64,000 bases of DNA from Phoronis australis (Eukaryota; Animalia; Phoronida): the NCBI GenBank assembly GCA_002633005.1, contig NMRA01000289.1, forward strand, positions 52,294-116,293, given 5' to 3'. The notes beneath the pieces were generated by a model, which saw nothing but the letters and a program-made list of their open reading frames with translations, was not told where the DNA came from and did not search any database. The translations under genes were made by a program, and so were the position numbers. This document shows, piece by piece, positions 56,701-64,000 of the stretch. How positions within the stretch are numbered: the first letter of the stretch is position 1; the number at the start of each line of letters is the position of its first letter.

Positions 56701-57693
56701 GGATTAGAGGTCGTCCTCCTCCCGTAAGTTGCGTGACATCTGAAAGGTTTTACTAGGTCACGTTCTTCATTTTAAAGCGGCTTTACACCAATCTTCCATT
56801 ACAAAAACAACTTGTGATTGTAAGAGCTCTCACTATTAAGCAATTGATCTCCGTTTGCACCTAAGTTCAATTGCACACTATGATTTCAGGTCAGAACAGT
56901 TCGTTATAGCTTGAAATCAGGTTTTTCAAATGGATTGTCACGATGTGTCGTATCACGTGACCAGCAGGGTCCAAGAAATGACTTTTCATCCGTGTCGGGT
57001 GAAAACAATTCTATAGAGATAACTGGTCTTTACCAGAAGTTCTCTTTTTGGACGAAATGCGGGTTTGTAGTCACTTTTATTGAGATGGAAAATTATATAA
57101 CGTAACACAGTTGAATGTGAAGCAGTTATGGTTATCACAGTACTTAAAGAAATTAAAAAACAACCTGTGTACTTTCAGACCAATTTCAGTTCTTATCATC
57201 ACGATTAAGACCTAAGAAAGACGTGCACAGTTAACTGGCAAATTCTGCTAAATCGGCAAGCGTGATTGACGCTGTGGGCGAAATCGACGTGTATTGGAAA
57301 ACGACGCCCAGCTCAAGCCACTGAACCCGCATATGTGATACGGTCGAGAGTTTTAGATAAATAATGCCGTTAACTGTCAGCGGAAGCATAAAGAGTACGT
57401 AGGTGGCAGAAGGATATTTGGGTGTCAACGGCATGTAAAGTGTAAAAGCTTTCTTCTAAAGTCTCTGGAAATGGATCTGAACTTATCGAAAGTGTCTAGC
57501 AAATGCAAATTAGTCGCAGGTTGAACACGAATCTTGTGTACGCTCGTTACTTACCCAGGGTCGCTTCTATAAAACCTCACATAAGCCTCATTCGGCGTGC
57601 TAGATTTATAGTGAACGAAATTTAAACAAGTAGTCTGTCTCAACTTCGAAATGCCTGCATAGACTTTTGCCTTGGTATCCGCCGAGTAATGAT
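5649..57693 (-). CDS. Multi-exon astacin-family (M12A) zinc metalloprotease, astacin-EGF-CUB-EGF-TSP1-MAM-PT-ShKT-PT; partial at the 5' end and probably the 3' end
   Basis: Join of 57555-57693, 56652-56739, 55770-55970, 55310-55439, 45705-45812, 38328-38431, 37952-38076, 36690-36817, 27234-27341, 26624-26788, 24000-24344, 17497-17669, 14945-15080, 6213-6332 and 5649-5726. All are GT-AG, phases are compatible and the frame is open throughout. Confidence 0.9.
6213..6332 (-). CDS. ShKT domain exon (phase 1-1)
   Basis: PDCSNIHNTTACERWAARGECIKNPRWMLPNCALACGKC fits C...CxxWAxxGECxxNPxWMxxNCxxxCxxC. Confidence 0.95.
6580..9737 (-). mobile_element. Decayed Ty3/Gypsy (probably Mag-group) LTR retrotransposon lacking integrase
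   Basis: Gag-like CLIEGCSYTT (about 9350); RT FITPCDRYRPCAAPQGY...LNPEKF (7212-7960); RNase H ATDWSKTGIG...GSRFTHPAETRY (about 6650-7110); many stops. A 50-bp LTR-end-like sequence is shared between about 6580-6630 and 9470-9520. Outer limits are approximate. Confidence 0.8.
9786..9932 (-). mobile_element. tRNA-derived SINE-like element
   Basis: A-box-like tggactagtgtg, B-box ggttcgagtccc (9868-9879) and an A/T-rich tail. Confidence 0.55.
10920..12010 (+). mobile_element. Diverged copy of the THAP-bearing element at 50551-52178
   Basis: Colinear similarity to 50610-52170; THAP-like IPKYVTIRKRWVVEIRRDNG near 10995-11055. Confidence 0.75.
12480..12709. mobile_element. PIF/Harbinger-like non-autonomous element, right end
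   Basis: GAGTA/CTCGA subterminal repeats ending in ...ggagattggagaccgggcc, followed by CTG. Confidence 0.65.
14945..15080 (-). CDS. MAM C-terminus plus Pro/Thr linker exon (phase 0-1)
   Basis: IVISATKLESIAYASIDDIVVTRGKCPIKPTPPTLPPPTTRPPPT includes the MAM IDDI...GxC motif. Confidence 0.92.
15560..15712. mobile_element. Same Harbinger-like family, left end
   Basis: CTG then ggcccggtctccaatctccgtactcaga, the exact reverse complement of 12682-12709. Confidence 0.65.
16005..16270 (+). repeat. Unclassified interspersed repeat (second copy about 52350-52520)
   Basis: Shared ggttatcacctatgggacgct...gtaccttgggtgcacatc...tacgcttat-taccgatat. Confidence 0.75.
17497..17669 (-). CDS. MAM domain exon 2 (phase 1-0)
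   Basis: GGMAVGVNFYYSSNGRRGDEIYNSFRNTQSSAAEWKWELYEHEIDQNDLDPRIRFPVE; poly-T acceptor, gtatga donor, and it fills the phase gap exactly. Confidence 0.82.
19365..19770 (+). mobile_element. pogo/Tigger-like remnant with decayed HIRAN-like ORF
   Basis: IHGFHMYKEV*...FDKYAVSVFKVQTRVVGHIPCKSSKTSAFFLNRG, followed by a degenerate ggcgctaattagagcgaa TIR-like end. Confidence 0.55.
21130..21502 (-). pseudogene. Large DNA-transposase C-terminal remnant (possibly Sola3-like)
   Basis: FVKDHWLTSQQVQSYFSRLT motif recalled from invertebrate transposase-derived proteins; superfamily uncertain. Confidence 0.45.
21999..22128. repeat. Minisatellite of 30-bp units (about 4 copies)
   Basis: gagatcctgagataatt core recurs every 30 bp. 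Confidence 0.8.
22883..22967. mobile_element. Tiny Harbinger-like MITE
   Basis: Imperfect TIR ggtcctggttgtataaaa / ttttatgcaaccgggcac. Confidence 0.55.
24000..24344 (-). CDS. MAM domain exon 1 (phase 1-1)
   Basis: GSAICTFD...CPFRQSLGDNGNF...QPSVDHTNG...RRYLW...YCVRFYYIIT carries the MAM CxF[DE], DHT and CxxFxY motifs; the donor gttcgt is weak. Confidence 0.85.
24904..25057. repeat. Palindromic MITE-like element
   Basis: atagattattacatg / catgtaataatctat inverted ends. Confidence 0.6.
25080..26530 (-). repeat. Interrupted inverted copy of the 48120-48880 repeat
   Basis: 25080-25350 and 26360-26530 match the reverse complement of 48530-48800 and 48120-48290. Confidence 0.75.
25649..26103. 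mobile_element. Young MITE with 84-bp perfect TIRs and 8-bp TSD (P-element-like or hAT)
   Basis: TIRs 25649-25732 and 26020-26103; CACAG...CTGTG termini; TSD GTTTGAAA at 25641-25648 and 26104-26111. Confidence 0.93.
26624..26788 (-). CDS. Thrombospondin type-1 (TSP1) exon (phase 1-1)
   Basis: NGDWTEWGSWTSCQGQCGVQTRFRQCTNPTPANGGRQCYGMDTSFKPCGAWPCP fits WxxWxxW-C...RxRxC. Confidence 0.95.
27234..27341 (-). CDS. Second EGF-like exon (phase 1-1)
   Basis: DCGSSPCQNGGKCKTNEIGMAYCTCGERMSGRWCEK, six-Cys EGF pattern. Confidence 0.93.
30660..30856 (+). pseudogene. THAP zinc-finger remnant
   Basis: YC*FPWCKSSTGGHKFPKDLRLLYSCTIAVNRVN*LTKSVWMLKPRVCS followed by a gtaag donor. Confidence 0.65.
33470..33652. 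repeat. Fold-back palindromic MITE (about 180 bp)
   Basis: gtcagcacgccat-tttttggtcacatca versus tgatgtgaccaaaaacatggcgtgctgac. Confidence 0.8.
35604..35760 (+). mobile_element. hAT-like MITE (related copy 46021-46177)
   Basis: (C/T)AGTGG-GGATTTA...GGATC-G-C-CTG ends and a shared ccatttggcagttcg core. Confidence 0.6.
35989..36125 (+). repeat. Internally deleted copy of the 48120-48880 repeat
   Basis: tagccttggtacaaa joined to gctgtgtg-aatttcggggtcta...tagctgtattttgacga. Confidence 0.7.
36690..36817 (-). CDS. CUB domain exon 3 (phase 2-1)
   Basis: FCGDQMRRKFETRYNNLMLIFRSNSNNRRKGFKVEVKVEPDT fits RFCG...NxLxLxFxS...GF. Confidence 0.92.
36914..37148. mobile_element. Harbinger-like MITE with CTG TSD
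   Basis: ctg|gggccggttccaagaaaa ... ttttcttggaaagggctc|ctg. Confidence 0.75.
37952..38076 (-). CDS. CUB domain exon 2 (phase 0-2)
   Basis: SPPKTIMKLEFLDFDIEDDYANSLCKDSLEVRHIGMGMMGLR. Confidence 0.93.
38328..38431 (-). CDS. CUB domain exon 1 (phase 1-0)
   Basis: GCGRVVNVQNKVIIKSPGYDQGSYQNGLKCAWVVK fits CG...SPGY...Y...CxW. Confidence 0.93.
39318..39608. mobile_element. MITE containing a poly-C tract and a 22-N assembly gap (39366-39387)
   Basis: Inverted ends catgcgcgcactcag / ctgggtgctcgcatg. Confidence 0.6.
40019..40191. repeat. Short inverted-repeat element
   Basis: tgctcgagtat--ttattgttta / taaacaataacatactcgagca. Confidence 0.55.
42187..42423. repeat. Palindromic MITE-like element
   Basis: acggaagtccaacactgccgttttgaa / ttcaaaacggcactattgggcttccgt. 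Confidence 0.7.
44977..45354. mobile_element. MITE with imperfect TIRs of about 45 bp
   Basis: tggttccctgcgtgt...ctaggg / ccctag...acacgcagggaacca; no clear TSD. Confidence 0.7.
45705..45812 (-). CDS. EGF-like exon following the astacin domain (phase 1-1)
   Basis: GCSIRTCENEGFVTKQCTCKCPPFVGGSRCERVTT; absent from the ORF track. Confidence 0.92.
46021..46177 (+). mobile_element. hAT-like MITE
   Basis: cagtggcgaattta...ggatccgctcttg; homologous to 35604-35760. Confidence 0.6.
46480..47610 (+). repeat. Helentron/pearl-like element with tandem units of about 420-435 bp and an AAGAAT microsatellite
   Basis: gacctt--cactaattgacct-ttcc recurs at about 46519, 46954 and 47371; TGACC motifs; (aag/aat)n at 47519-47550 and a short terminal hairpin. 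Confidence 0.6.
48120..48880 (+). repeat. Unclassified DNA-type repeat with a subterminal hairpin (three copies in window)
   Basis: caaagctgtata-taaa-tatacagctttg hairpin at the 5' end. Confidence 0.75.
49850..50320 (-). pseudogene. Possible non-LTR retrotransposon RT C-terminal remnant
   Basis: YFKICINKPLPRWIYILSLP resembles the FYKIxNxxxPxYL thumb motif and a CPC segment follows; very decayed. Confidence 0.3.
50551..52178 (+). mobile_element. ISL2EU-like non-autonomous DNA transposon with THAP remnant
   Basis: AT|AGACCTAATTCAC ... GTGAATTAGGTCT|AT (13-bp TIR, AT TSD); THAP-like VPRCSNG...FTFPKDVEIRKRWVVVIRRHEG at about 50630-50755; nested AT-flanked insert 50922-51244. Confidence 0.75.
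52190..53320 (+). mobile_element. Decayed BEL/Pao LTR retrotransposon pol
   Basis: CLNNVLL...RFRKDGVAELTDIEKMF, AFGNCPF, CVDDALTS, CDASQYADAAVSYLR...GKVKLAQ...HTIPRQE, ENPAD. Confidence 0.85.
55310..55439 (-). CDS. Astacin C-terminal exon (phase 0-1)
   Basis: SFKVLFKENIMEAIDTDLSSLMDGGVMLSYYDQKVLNVAYNCS fits LSxxD...NxxYxC; tttag acceptor, gtaagt donor. Confidence 0.92.
55770..55970 (-). CDS. Astacin zinc-binding exon (phase 0-0)
   Basis: IGTVIHEIGHVIGRIHEQAREDG...PYDYTSIMHYGTK contains HExxHxxGxxHE and the SxMHY Met-turn. Confidence 0.97.
56652..56739 (-). CDS. Astacin exon (phase 2-0)
   Basis: CHATYGRRTTSNPKYWISGVNLGGDECLW corresponds to the CxSxxGR...LxxGC segment; tttcag acceptor, gtaggt donor. 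Confidence 0.9.
57555..57693 (-). CDS. Astacin catalytic-domain exon (phase 1-2)
   Basis: HYSADTKAKVYAGISKLRQTTCLNFVHYKSSTPNEAYVRFYRSDPG matches the astacin TCxxF...YxxF...G segment; tgtag acceptor, gtaagt donor. Confidence 0.9.
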
Positions 57694-58367
57694 CTACAAT
57701 GCAACGCTTATTTGTGAATTAAAATGGTAAATTTTTGAGTATATAGGCGTTGGGCCAGAATTTGTAGGGCTTCTAGAAAATGGTTTTTGTGAGTACTTTA
57801 GGGGGCAATTTTATTTCGGTGTTTCTTAATTCATTTACTAGAGTGTTTTCAAAATCTGAAAAGTTCCCACATATAAAGTTGCTCATTTTTGAGAAATTTG
57901 AGTTTTAAATTACATAATAACCACCATAGAGCTTAGAGAACTTACATTTGTAAAAACAACAGCCTTTGCTATCTTTTTTGTAAAACAAGTGAAAGGTCCC
58001 AACAATGCCATTGTATTGAACAATAATGCACTCACAAATACATATTTTACTGTTGTAGACTAATTGGAAACAGTGAAATTTAAAAAATGTAAAGTGACAC
58101 CTCGTGTCAGAATTGCAAACTAAGTCTGAATGTTACTAGGAGGTTATTCTGACATTGTCTGGCAACAAAAATAACACAAAACACTTGAGACTGGGCAAAA
58201 TTTGTACCTTGATGACTGAACCATTGACTAATGGTGTAAAATATAGCTTGTTTCCATAATACACCAGAAATACGTTATAGTACAAAAACAATATAGTTGA
58301 ATGATCTCTGTGAATGTGCACACAGACTGTGTGAAAATAGTTTATTCTGACAGCATTTATCAAGCAG

Positions 58368-59268
58368 TGTCAGAATAAATATTGAATGATTAAGTAATTA
58401 GTAAGAATAGATCCATTTTAAGTTGCCCAAAATTTGTGCATATGTACTTTTAAATCGTGGGGTCAGACTTGTTGACATGTATTTTAACGTCAAAATCTAT
58501 TTTTAGACGGTGTTTACAACTTTGGGTTCTGGGGTCAAAGTACTCTGGAGATTCTAGAATATTCTGAGAACAAATTGTAACAGCTAATAATATGAGTGGA
58601 TATGATCATGTGGTTTTTATTAGCCAATCACTAAATAAGTAGAATGTTATAATATGGGCTGAAATCAACAAGATAATTAGATGCGCTATAGTAGTTGAAG
58701 CATAAAGACTTGCTACGGTGTACAGAAGCAGTTGTACGACAGAGCCATCTCGTGGAAGATTCTAGAAAGGATCTTGGCAAGGGCAAGGGTTAACGAACAG
58801 GAAGTTAACTTAGAGCTTGTCACTTGCATTGTGGGTAGTAAGATACTACCTGAAGTGTTGCGTCATCAGCCAGAGACTGTGACCAGCAAGAAGAATCGCG
58901 GGTAGAAGAAATTGCCTGCAAGTGTTGCATTACTAGAGACGGTGACCAGCAAGTACACTGTCGCTATACAGTGTGTGTAGTTCGAAGATTCACCAACAGG
59001 ACAGACATCCAACAAGTGGAGAGTAATAGCTTGGATAGCAGATAAGACATTTGATCGTTTTGGTTGTTTGTTTAAAATAATCTTTAAAGAGGGCGCTAGC
59101 GTAGTTACTCTTTTTAGTTGATTACTTAATTAACAATAGGTTTCATTTGTCTAATTAGGGGTTATCATATAATAAATTAATTACTGGATTTGATTATTCA
59201 CTCTCCATCTACGCACAATCTCAAAGCATAGCTACCTTTTAAACAAACCCGCAGTCAAACATCTGACA
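58368..59268 (+). repeat. 5' LTR (901 bp)
   Basis: TGTCAG...CTGACA; the first 137 bp match 63868-64000. Confidence 0.93.
58551..58768. promoter_or_regulatory. Two perfect three-unit heat-shock elements in the LTR
   Basis: aTTCtaGAAtaTTCt (58551-58565) and gGAAgaTTCtaGAAa (58754-58768). Confidence 0.55.
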
Positions 59269-59270
59269 TT

Positions 59271-59288
59271 TGGGGGCCAGTCCGGGGG
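59271..59288 (+). promoter_or_regulatory. Primer-binding site, tRNA-Pro-like
   Basis: tgggggccagtccggg versus the canonical Pro PBS TGGGGGCTCGTCCGGG, 2 nt after the LTR end. Confidence 0.8.
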
Positions 59289-59397
59289 AGTTTAAATAAA
59301 GGTTAACGTGGTTGTGTTGAATTGTTTTGAATCCTGTAATTACTGTTTGAATATTAATTAATAAAGTGCATTCTGGGAACAAAACCCTTCCTCTCAA

Positions 59398-62300
59398 ATG
59401 GATTTTGAAAAGTATATTACGCAAGCGAAACAATTCGGTTATACCGGTGAAGAGTTAAGGAAGTGCGCAGAGGAGCTCTTACGGCAGGCCTCGGAGCGTG
59501 AAGAGCGCGCCCACAAACGAGAACTGGAAAAGGCAGAGCTTGCACGGGAACAAGCAGAGCGGGCCCAAGCGATTGAGATTGAGAAGCAGAAGACACTGCA
59601 ACTCCAGATTGAGCTCAAAGCGACACCTAGTGGTGGGGCTCCAAGTAATGGTGTACGTACCAGTCGTCCCAAACTGCCAAGGTTCGACGAGCGCGTCGAC
59701 GACATGGATGCCTTCCTAGCCCGATTTGAGACGTTCGCCACAAGCAAAAAATGGGATAAATCGGAGTGAGCTTTGGATTTTAGTCCATTGTTGACAGGAA
59801 AAGGCTTACAGGTATTCAACAATATGCCGTCCGACCAAATTAACAACTATGACCAACTAAAGGTGGCGCTGCTGCACAGGTATGAATTAACCGAAGATGG
59901 GTTCCGACGAAAGTTTAGAGAGTCCAAGCCTGAAAAGGGTGAAAATATGTTCCAATTCGGGGCAAGACTGAAAAGGTTCTTTGACCGATGGACACAACTG
60001 GCGGAGGTCGAGGCGACTTATGATGGACTCAGAGACCTATTGATCCGAGAGCAGTTTCTAGGAGTATGCCATCCTGAGATGTCCGTATTCCTGAGGGAAC
60101 GGAAACCGAAGACCTTCGACGAGAAGTCGGCCATTGCTCAACAGTACATGGACGCCCACTGTACTGGTTTGTTGGGCAAAGGGTTCGCAAAGAAAGACTT
60201 GGGATAGGTAGCCAGAAGACAGGCACCGCCAAGCAACACAGAAGAACGAAGGACAGAGACACCTCGTTCGTCAATGACCAGAAACAAGGGTGACAAAGCG
60301 TGTTTCAATTGTCATCAGAAAGGTCATCTAACAAGGGACTGTGGAATGAAAGACTTCCAGTCCAAAAGATTTGCTGCAGGTAAGCAGTCGTCTGCCTCGC
60401 AGCAGGAACGGGCCAAGACAGAAGACACTAAGAAGTCGGTGATGTATCAAGCTGTGGTAGCAAAGGGTAGTCCGATAGAGCAGCACATAGTTGATGGCTG
60501 TCTGCAGTTAGTCGATGGGACATCGATACCCGTAGAGACAGGGACCTGTGATAAACACAGAGAGCCTCCTGCTGACCACAACATGCCCGTTTGTGACGGT
60601 TACGTCAATGAAACAAAAGTACGCATGATGCGTGACACCGGATGCAATAGTGCAGCGGATGAAGACGTCCCTAGTCAAAGAAAATCAACTGACGGGGAAA
60701 CAACACATCTGTGTGTTAATAGATGGGACAGCACGATCCTTTCCCATAGCGAAGATTGTGGTATACACTCCATACTTCGTTGGTGAAATCGAGGCGATGT
60801 GTATGCGAACACCGATATACGACCTCATCATAGGAAATGCTGTTGGCGTCAGCAAGGATCCTGATCCCAATTGGAAGCCACAAGGCAGTGTCATGTTCGC
60901 AGTCACTACTAGAGCACAGGCTAAGGAGAGAGAGAAACCTATTAAGCCTTTGGCGGTGACTCCATCCGGAGTGGAAAGTCTCGACGTCAGCAAATTGAAG
61001 GACGAGCAACAACATGATCCTTCCCTACGTAAGCTCATGCAACTTGTTGAGAAAGACAAACCAGCAAGAACACGTGGTAGAGGTCAATACTGGTATGAGA
61101 AGCAGAAGGGGGTCCTGTACCGAGTGTATACTGATAACACCAAAGAGTTGCGTCAGATAGTTGTCCCTGTCAAATATCGACAACAGGTTATGACGCTAGC
61201 TCACGAGTCAATCGTAGGTGGGCACCTAGGTGTGAAGAAGACCAGTGATAGAATAGCCAGTAGCTTTTATTGGCCAGGAGTTGGCAGTGACATAAATCGT
61301 TTCTGCAGATCGTGTGATATCTGCCAGCGAACAACTCCTAAGGGCAGGATCTCTAAAGTGCCATTGGGTGAGATGCCACTTATGGAAGAACCGTTCCAGC
61401 GTATCGCTGTTGATTTGATTGGTCCTGTGTCGCCGATCACAGACAGAGGCAACCGGTACATTCTCACCATCGTAGACTATGCCACACGATATCCAGAGGC
61501 AGTCCCTCTACCAAGAATAGAAGCTGAGCGAGTCGCAGAAGCACTATTTGAAACCTTCTGTAGAATTGGCTTTCCACGAGAGGTGCTTAGTGACTGTGGG
61601 ACACAGTTTACCTCAGAAGTTCTGAAGGAAGTTGCACGGTTGATATCCATGAAGCAACTGTTCACCACTCCGTACAATCCGAAATGCAATGGATTGTGTG
61701 AGCGTATTAACGGTATACTGAAGAGTATGCTTAAGAAAATGTGCCAAGAGCGTCCACAAGACTGGGACCGGTACTTACCAGCAGTACTGTTCGCCTACCG
61801 AGAGGTACCTCAAGTGAGCACAGGTTTCTCGCCATTTGAACTGTTGTATGGTAGAACCGTGCGAGGGCCCATGCAGGTGCTTAAAGAGTTGTGGACTGGC
61901 AATGAAACACCAGACGTACGGAATACTTATGAGTATGTCCTTGACTTGCGACATCGTCTGGAAGAGACATGTGAACTGGTGCGGGAAAACTTACGAAATG
62001 CTGGTGAAGCATACAAGCACCATTATGACAAAAAGACACGAGATCGTCGCTTCAAAGTAGGAGACCAAGTCTTAATATTGTTACCAACTGACAGTAACAA
62101 GCTGCTACTGCAGTGGAGGGGTCCCTATGAAGTGACCGAGGTACTCAACAAAATGGATTATCGAGTAAGGGTTGGTGGAAAGACCAAGACATACCATGCC
62201 AACCTCTTGAAACTCTATGTATCTCGTGACCAAAGTGCGGCTGCAAGTAAAGATGATGCAGATCAGAATTCTGACATCGCGGCCATAGCTGTACTACAGC

Positions 62301-63781
62301 CTGAAATGGACAATGAAGTTGGTGTTGTCGATGATGAACATCTACTAGAGCTGGGATCGACAAACCAAAAAGAAACGTACAAAGATGTCAAGATATCAGA
62401 CGAGCTCACTACTAGCCAACAAAGGGAGGTGATAAGTCTGCTAGAAGAGTACTCTGACATCTTTAGTGAAGTACCAGGTACGACCCATCTGGTTGAGCAC
62501 AAGATTGAGACCATCAGTGAAGAGCCGGTGAGAGTCAAGCCGTATCCCCTGCCATATGCCACACGGTCGGTTGTGCAGGAGGAAGTTGACAACATGTTAA
62601 AGTGAGGAGCCATAGAACCATCCGATGCACCCTACAACTCTCCGGTGGTCTTAGTGAAGAAGAAGGACGGTTCAAATCGATTCTGCATCGATTTTCGTCG
62701 TTTGAACGCCATCACCAAGTTCGACTCGGAACCGATGGGCAATCCTGATGACATCATGGCTAAGATCAGTAAAGACCAGTATTTTACAAAGATTGATCTG
62801 AGTAAAGGGTACTGGCAAGTCATTGTCGCCGAAGAATCACGGCCTAAGACCTCGTTCGTAGTAGCAAGTGGTTGCTACAAGTTCAAAAAGATGCCATTTG
62901 GTCTGGTAAAATCGGCAGCGACCTTCAACCGCATGATGAGGAAGATGTCGGCAGGAGCACATAATACAGAACATTATGTGGATGACATTCTGTGCCATAA
63001 TAAGACCTGAACTGAACACCTTGCCACCTTGATAGACACCTTCCAACGTGTGCGAGAGGCTGGACTAACGATTCGACCCACCAAGTGTGCGGTTGGATCT
63101 CGTTCCGTCGATTTCGTTGGACATGTGGTCGGTGAAGGGCAGCTAGCAATGGATGAAGAAAAGTTAGGACGCATCCGAGATGCACCAGGACCCAGAACGA
63201 AGAAACAAGTTAGTTGTTTTCTTGGGTTGGCTGGATACTACAGGAAGTTCATCCCAAACATTGCTGAAATCGCCGTCCCTATTACTGAGCTCACAAAGAA
63301 GAAACAGTCTAACACCGTGCGATGGGAAGAAGCTCAGCAGCATGCATTCGACACTCTTCGGGCGCGGCTGACGAGAGCACCCATACTGAGATTACCTGAT
63401 TTCAGTAAACCTTTTATTATTCAGACTAATGCGTCAGATACTGGTATAGGCTGTATTTTGTTGCAGGAGTATGATGATGGCAGGTTCCCAGTAGCATGTG
63501 CTAGTAAGAAGTTGTTACCTCGGGAACGGAATTACTCTGTTTTAGAGAGGGAATAATTGGCTATTGTATTTGCCATCAGAAAATTTGCGAAGTACTTGTA
63601 TGGTAAAGAATTTATCATTCATACTGACCATCAACCCATGACTTACATTCAAAAAAGTAAGTTAGTCAATGGACGCATCATGAGGTGGGCCTTGTTTCTG
63701 CAAAATTATCGATTTAAGGTTGAAGCTATCAAAGGCTCAGAAAATGTTGGTGCCGATTACCTGAGTAGATTAGAGTATTGA
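59398..63781 (+). pseudogene. gag-pol: Disrupted single gag-pol ORF (SCAN-like capsid, CCHC knuckle, protease, integrase, RT, RNase H)
   Basis: LIREQFL capsid, CFNCHQKGHLTRDC, RDTGC, HHCC plus DDE core, WRGPY, HYVDDIL, TNAS/ERE/TDHQP; stops at 59767, 60205, 62603, 63008 and 63554, and a +1 frameshift near 60659. Confidence 0.95.
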
Positions 63782-63867
63782 AGATTTATGGAAATTTGTC
63801 AATAGATCTAAGTGTTAATCAATGATGAGAAAATCTTAAGAAGTATTTTCTTGATGAGGGGCTTATT

Positions 63868-64000
63868 TGTCAGAATAGATATTGATTAAGTAATTAGTAA
63901 GAATAGATCCATTTTAAGTTGCCCAAAATTTGTGCATATGTACTTTTAAATCGTGGGGTCAGACTTGTTGACATGTATTTTAACGTCAAAATCTATTTTT
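63868..64000 (+). repeat. 3' LTR, truncated by the window end
   Basis: One substitution and one 4-bp indel relative to the 5' LTR. Confidence 0.95.

Larger units (their letters stand above)
58368..64000 (+). mobile_element. Near full-length Gmr1-type Ty3/Gypsy LTR retrotransposon, antisense to the astacin gene
   Basis: 5' LTR 58368-59268, PBS, gag-pol with PR-INT-RT-RH order, PPT about 63853-63861, 3' LTR from 63868. Confidence 0.97.

Noticed and set aside
57718-57770. Minus-strand YKFWPNAYIL resembling the astacin N-terminal WPN motif
   Set aside because: Flanked by stops, no usable donor, and too close to the 57693 acceptor for an intron; probably coincidence.

Overview
Eukaryotic, AT-rich, repeat-dense invertebrate DNA (probably a marine invertebrate; inferred). 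Almost the whole window is one intron-rich minus-strand gene that the ORF track largely misses. I reconstructed 15 GT-AG exons with consistent phases (57693 down to 5649; 2148 nt, about 716 codons, no internal stop). They encode a mosaic astacin (M12A) zinc metalloprotease: astacin-EGF-CUB-EGF-TSP1-MAM-Pro/Thr-ShKT-Pro/Thr. I did not find the 5' exons (signal and pro-peptide; probably beyond 64000), and the last exon is uncertain. The introns are packed with transposable elements: a near-complete but inactivated Gmr1-type Ty3/Gypsy LTR retrotransposon with integrase before RT (58368 to the window end); a deleted relative and an inverted solo LTR (2753-5598); decayed Mag-like and BEL/Pao elements; Tc1, pogo-like and THAP/ISL2EU-like remnants; Harbinger- and P-like MITEs; a tRNA-derived SINE; and a Helentron/pearl-like satellite. 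LTRs of both Gmr1-type families carry perfect heat-shock elements. All family assignments come from motifs recognised by eye; no searches were run.
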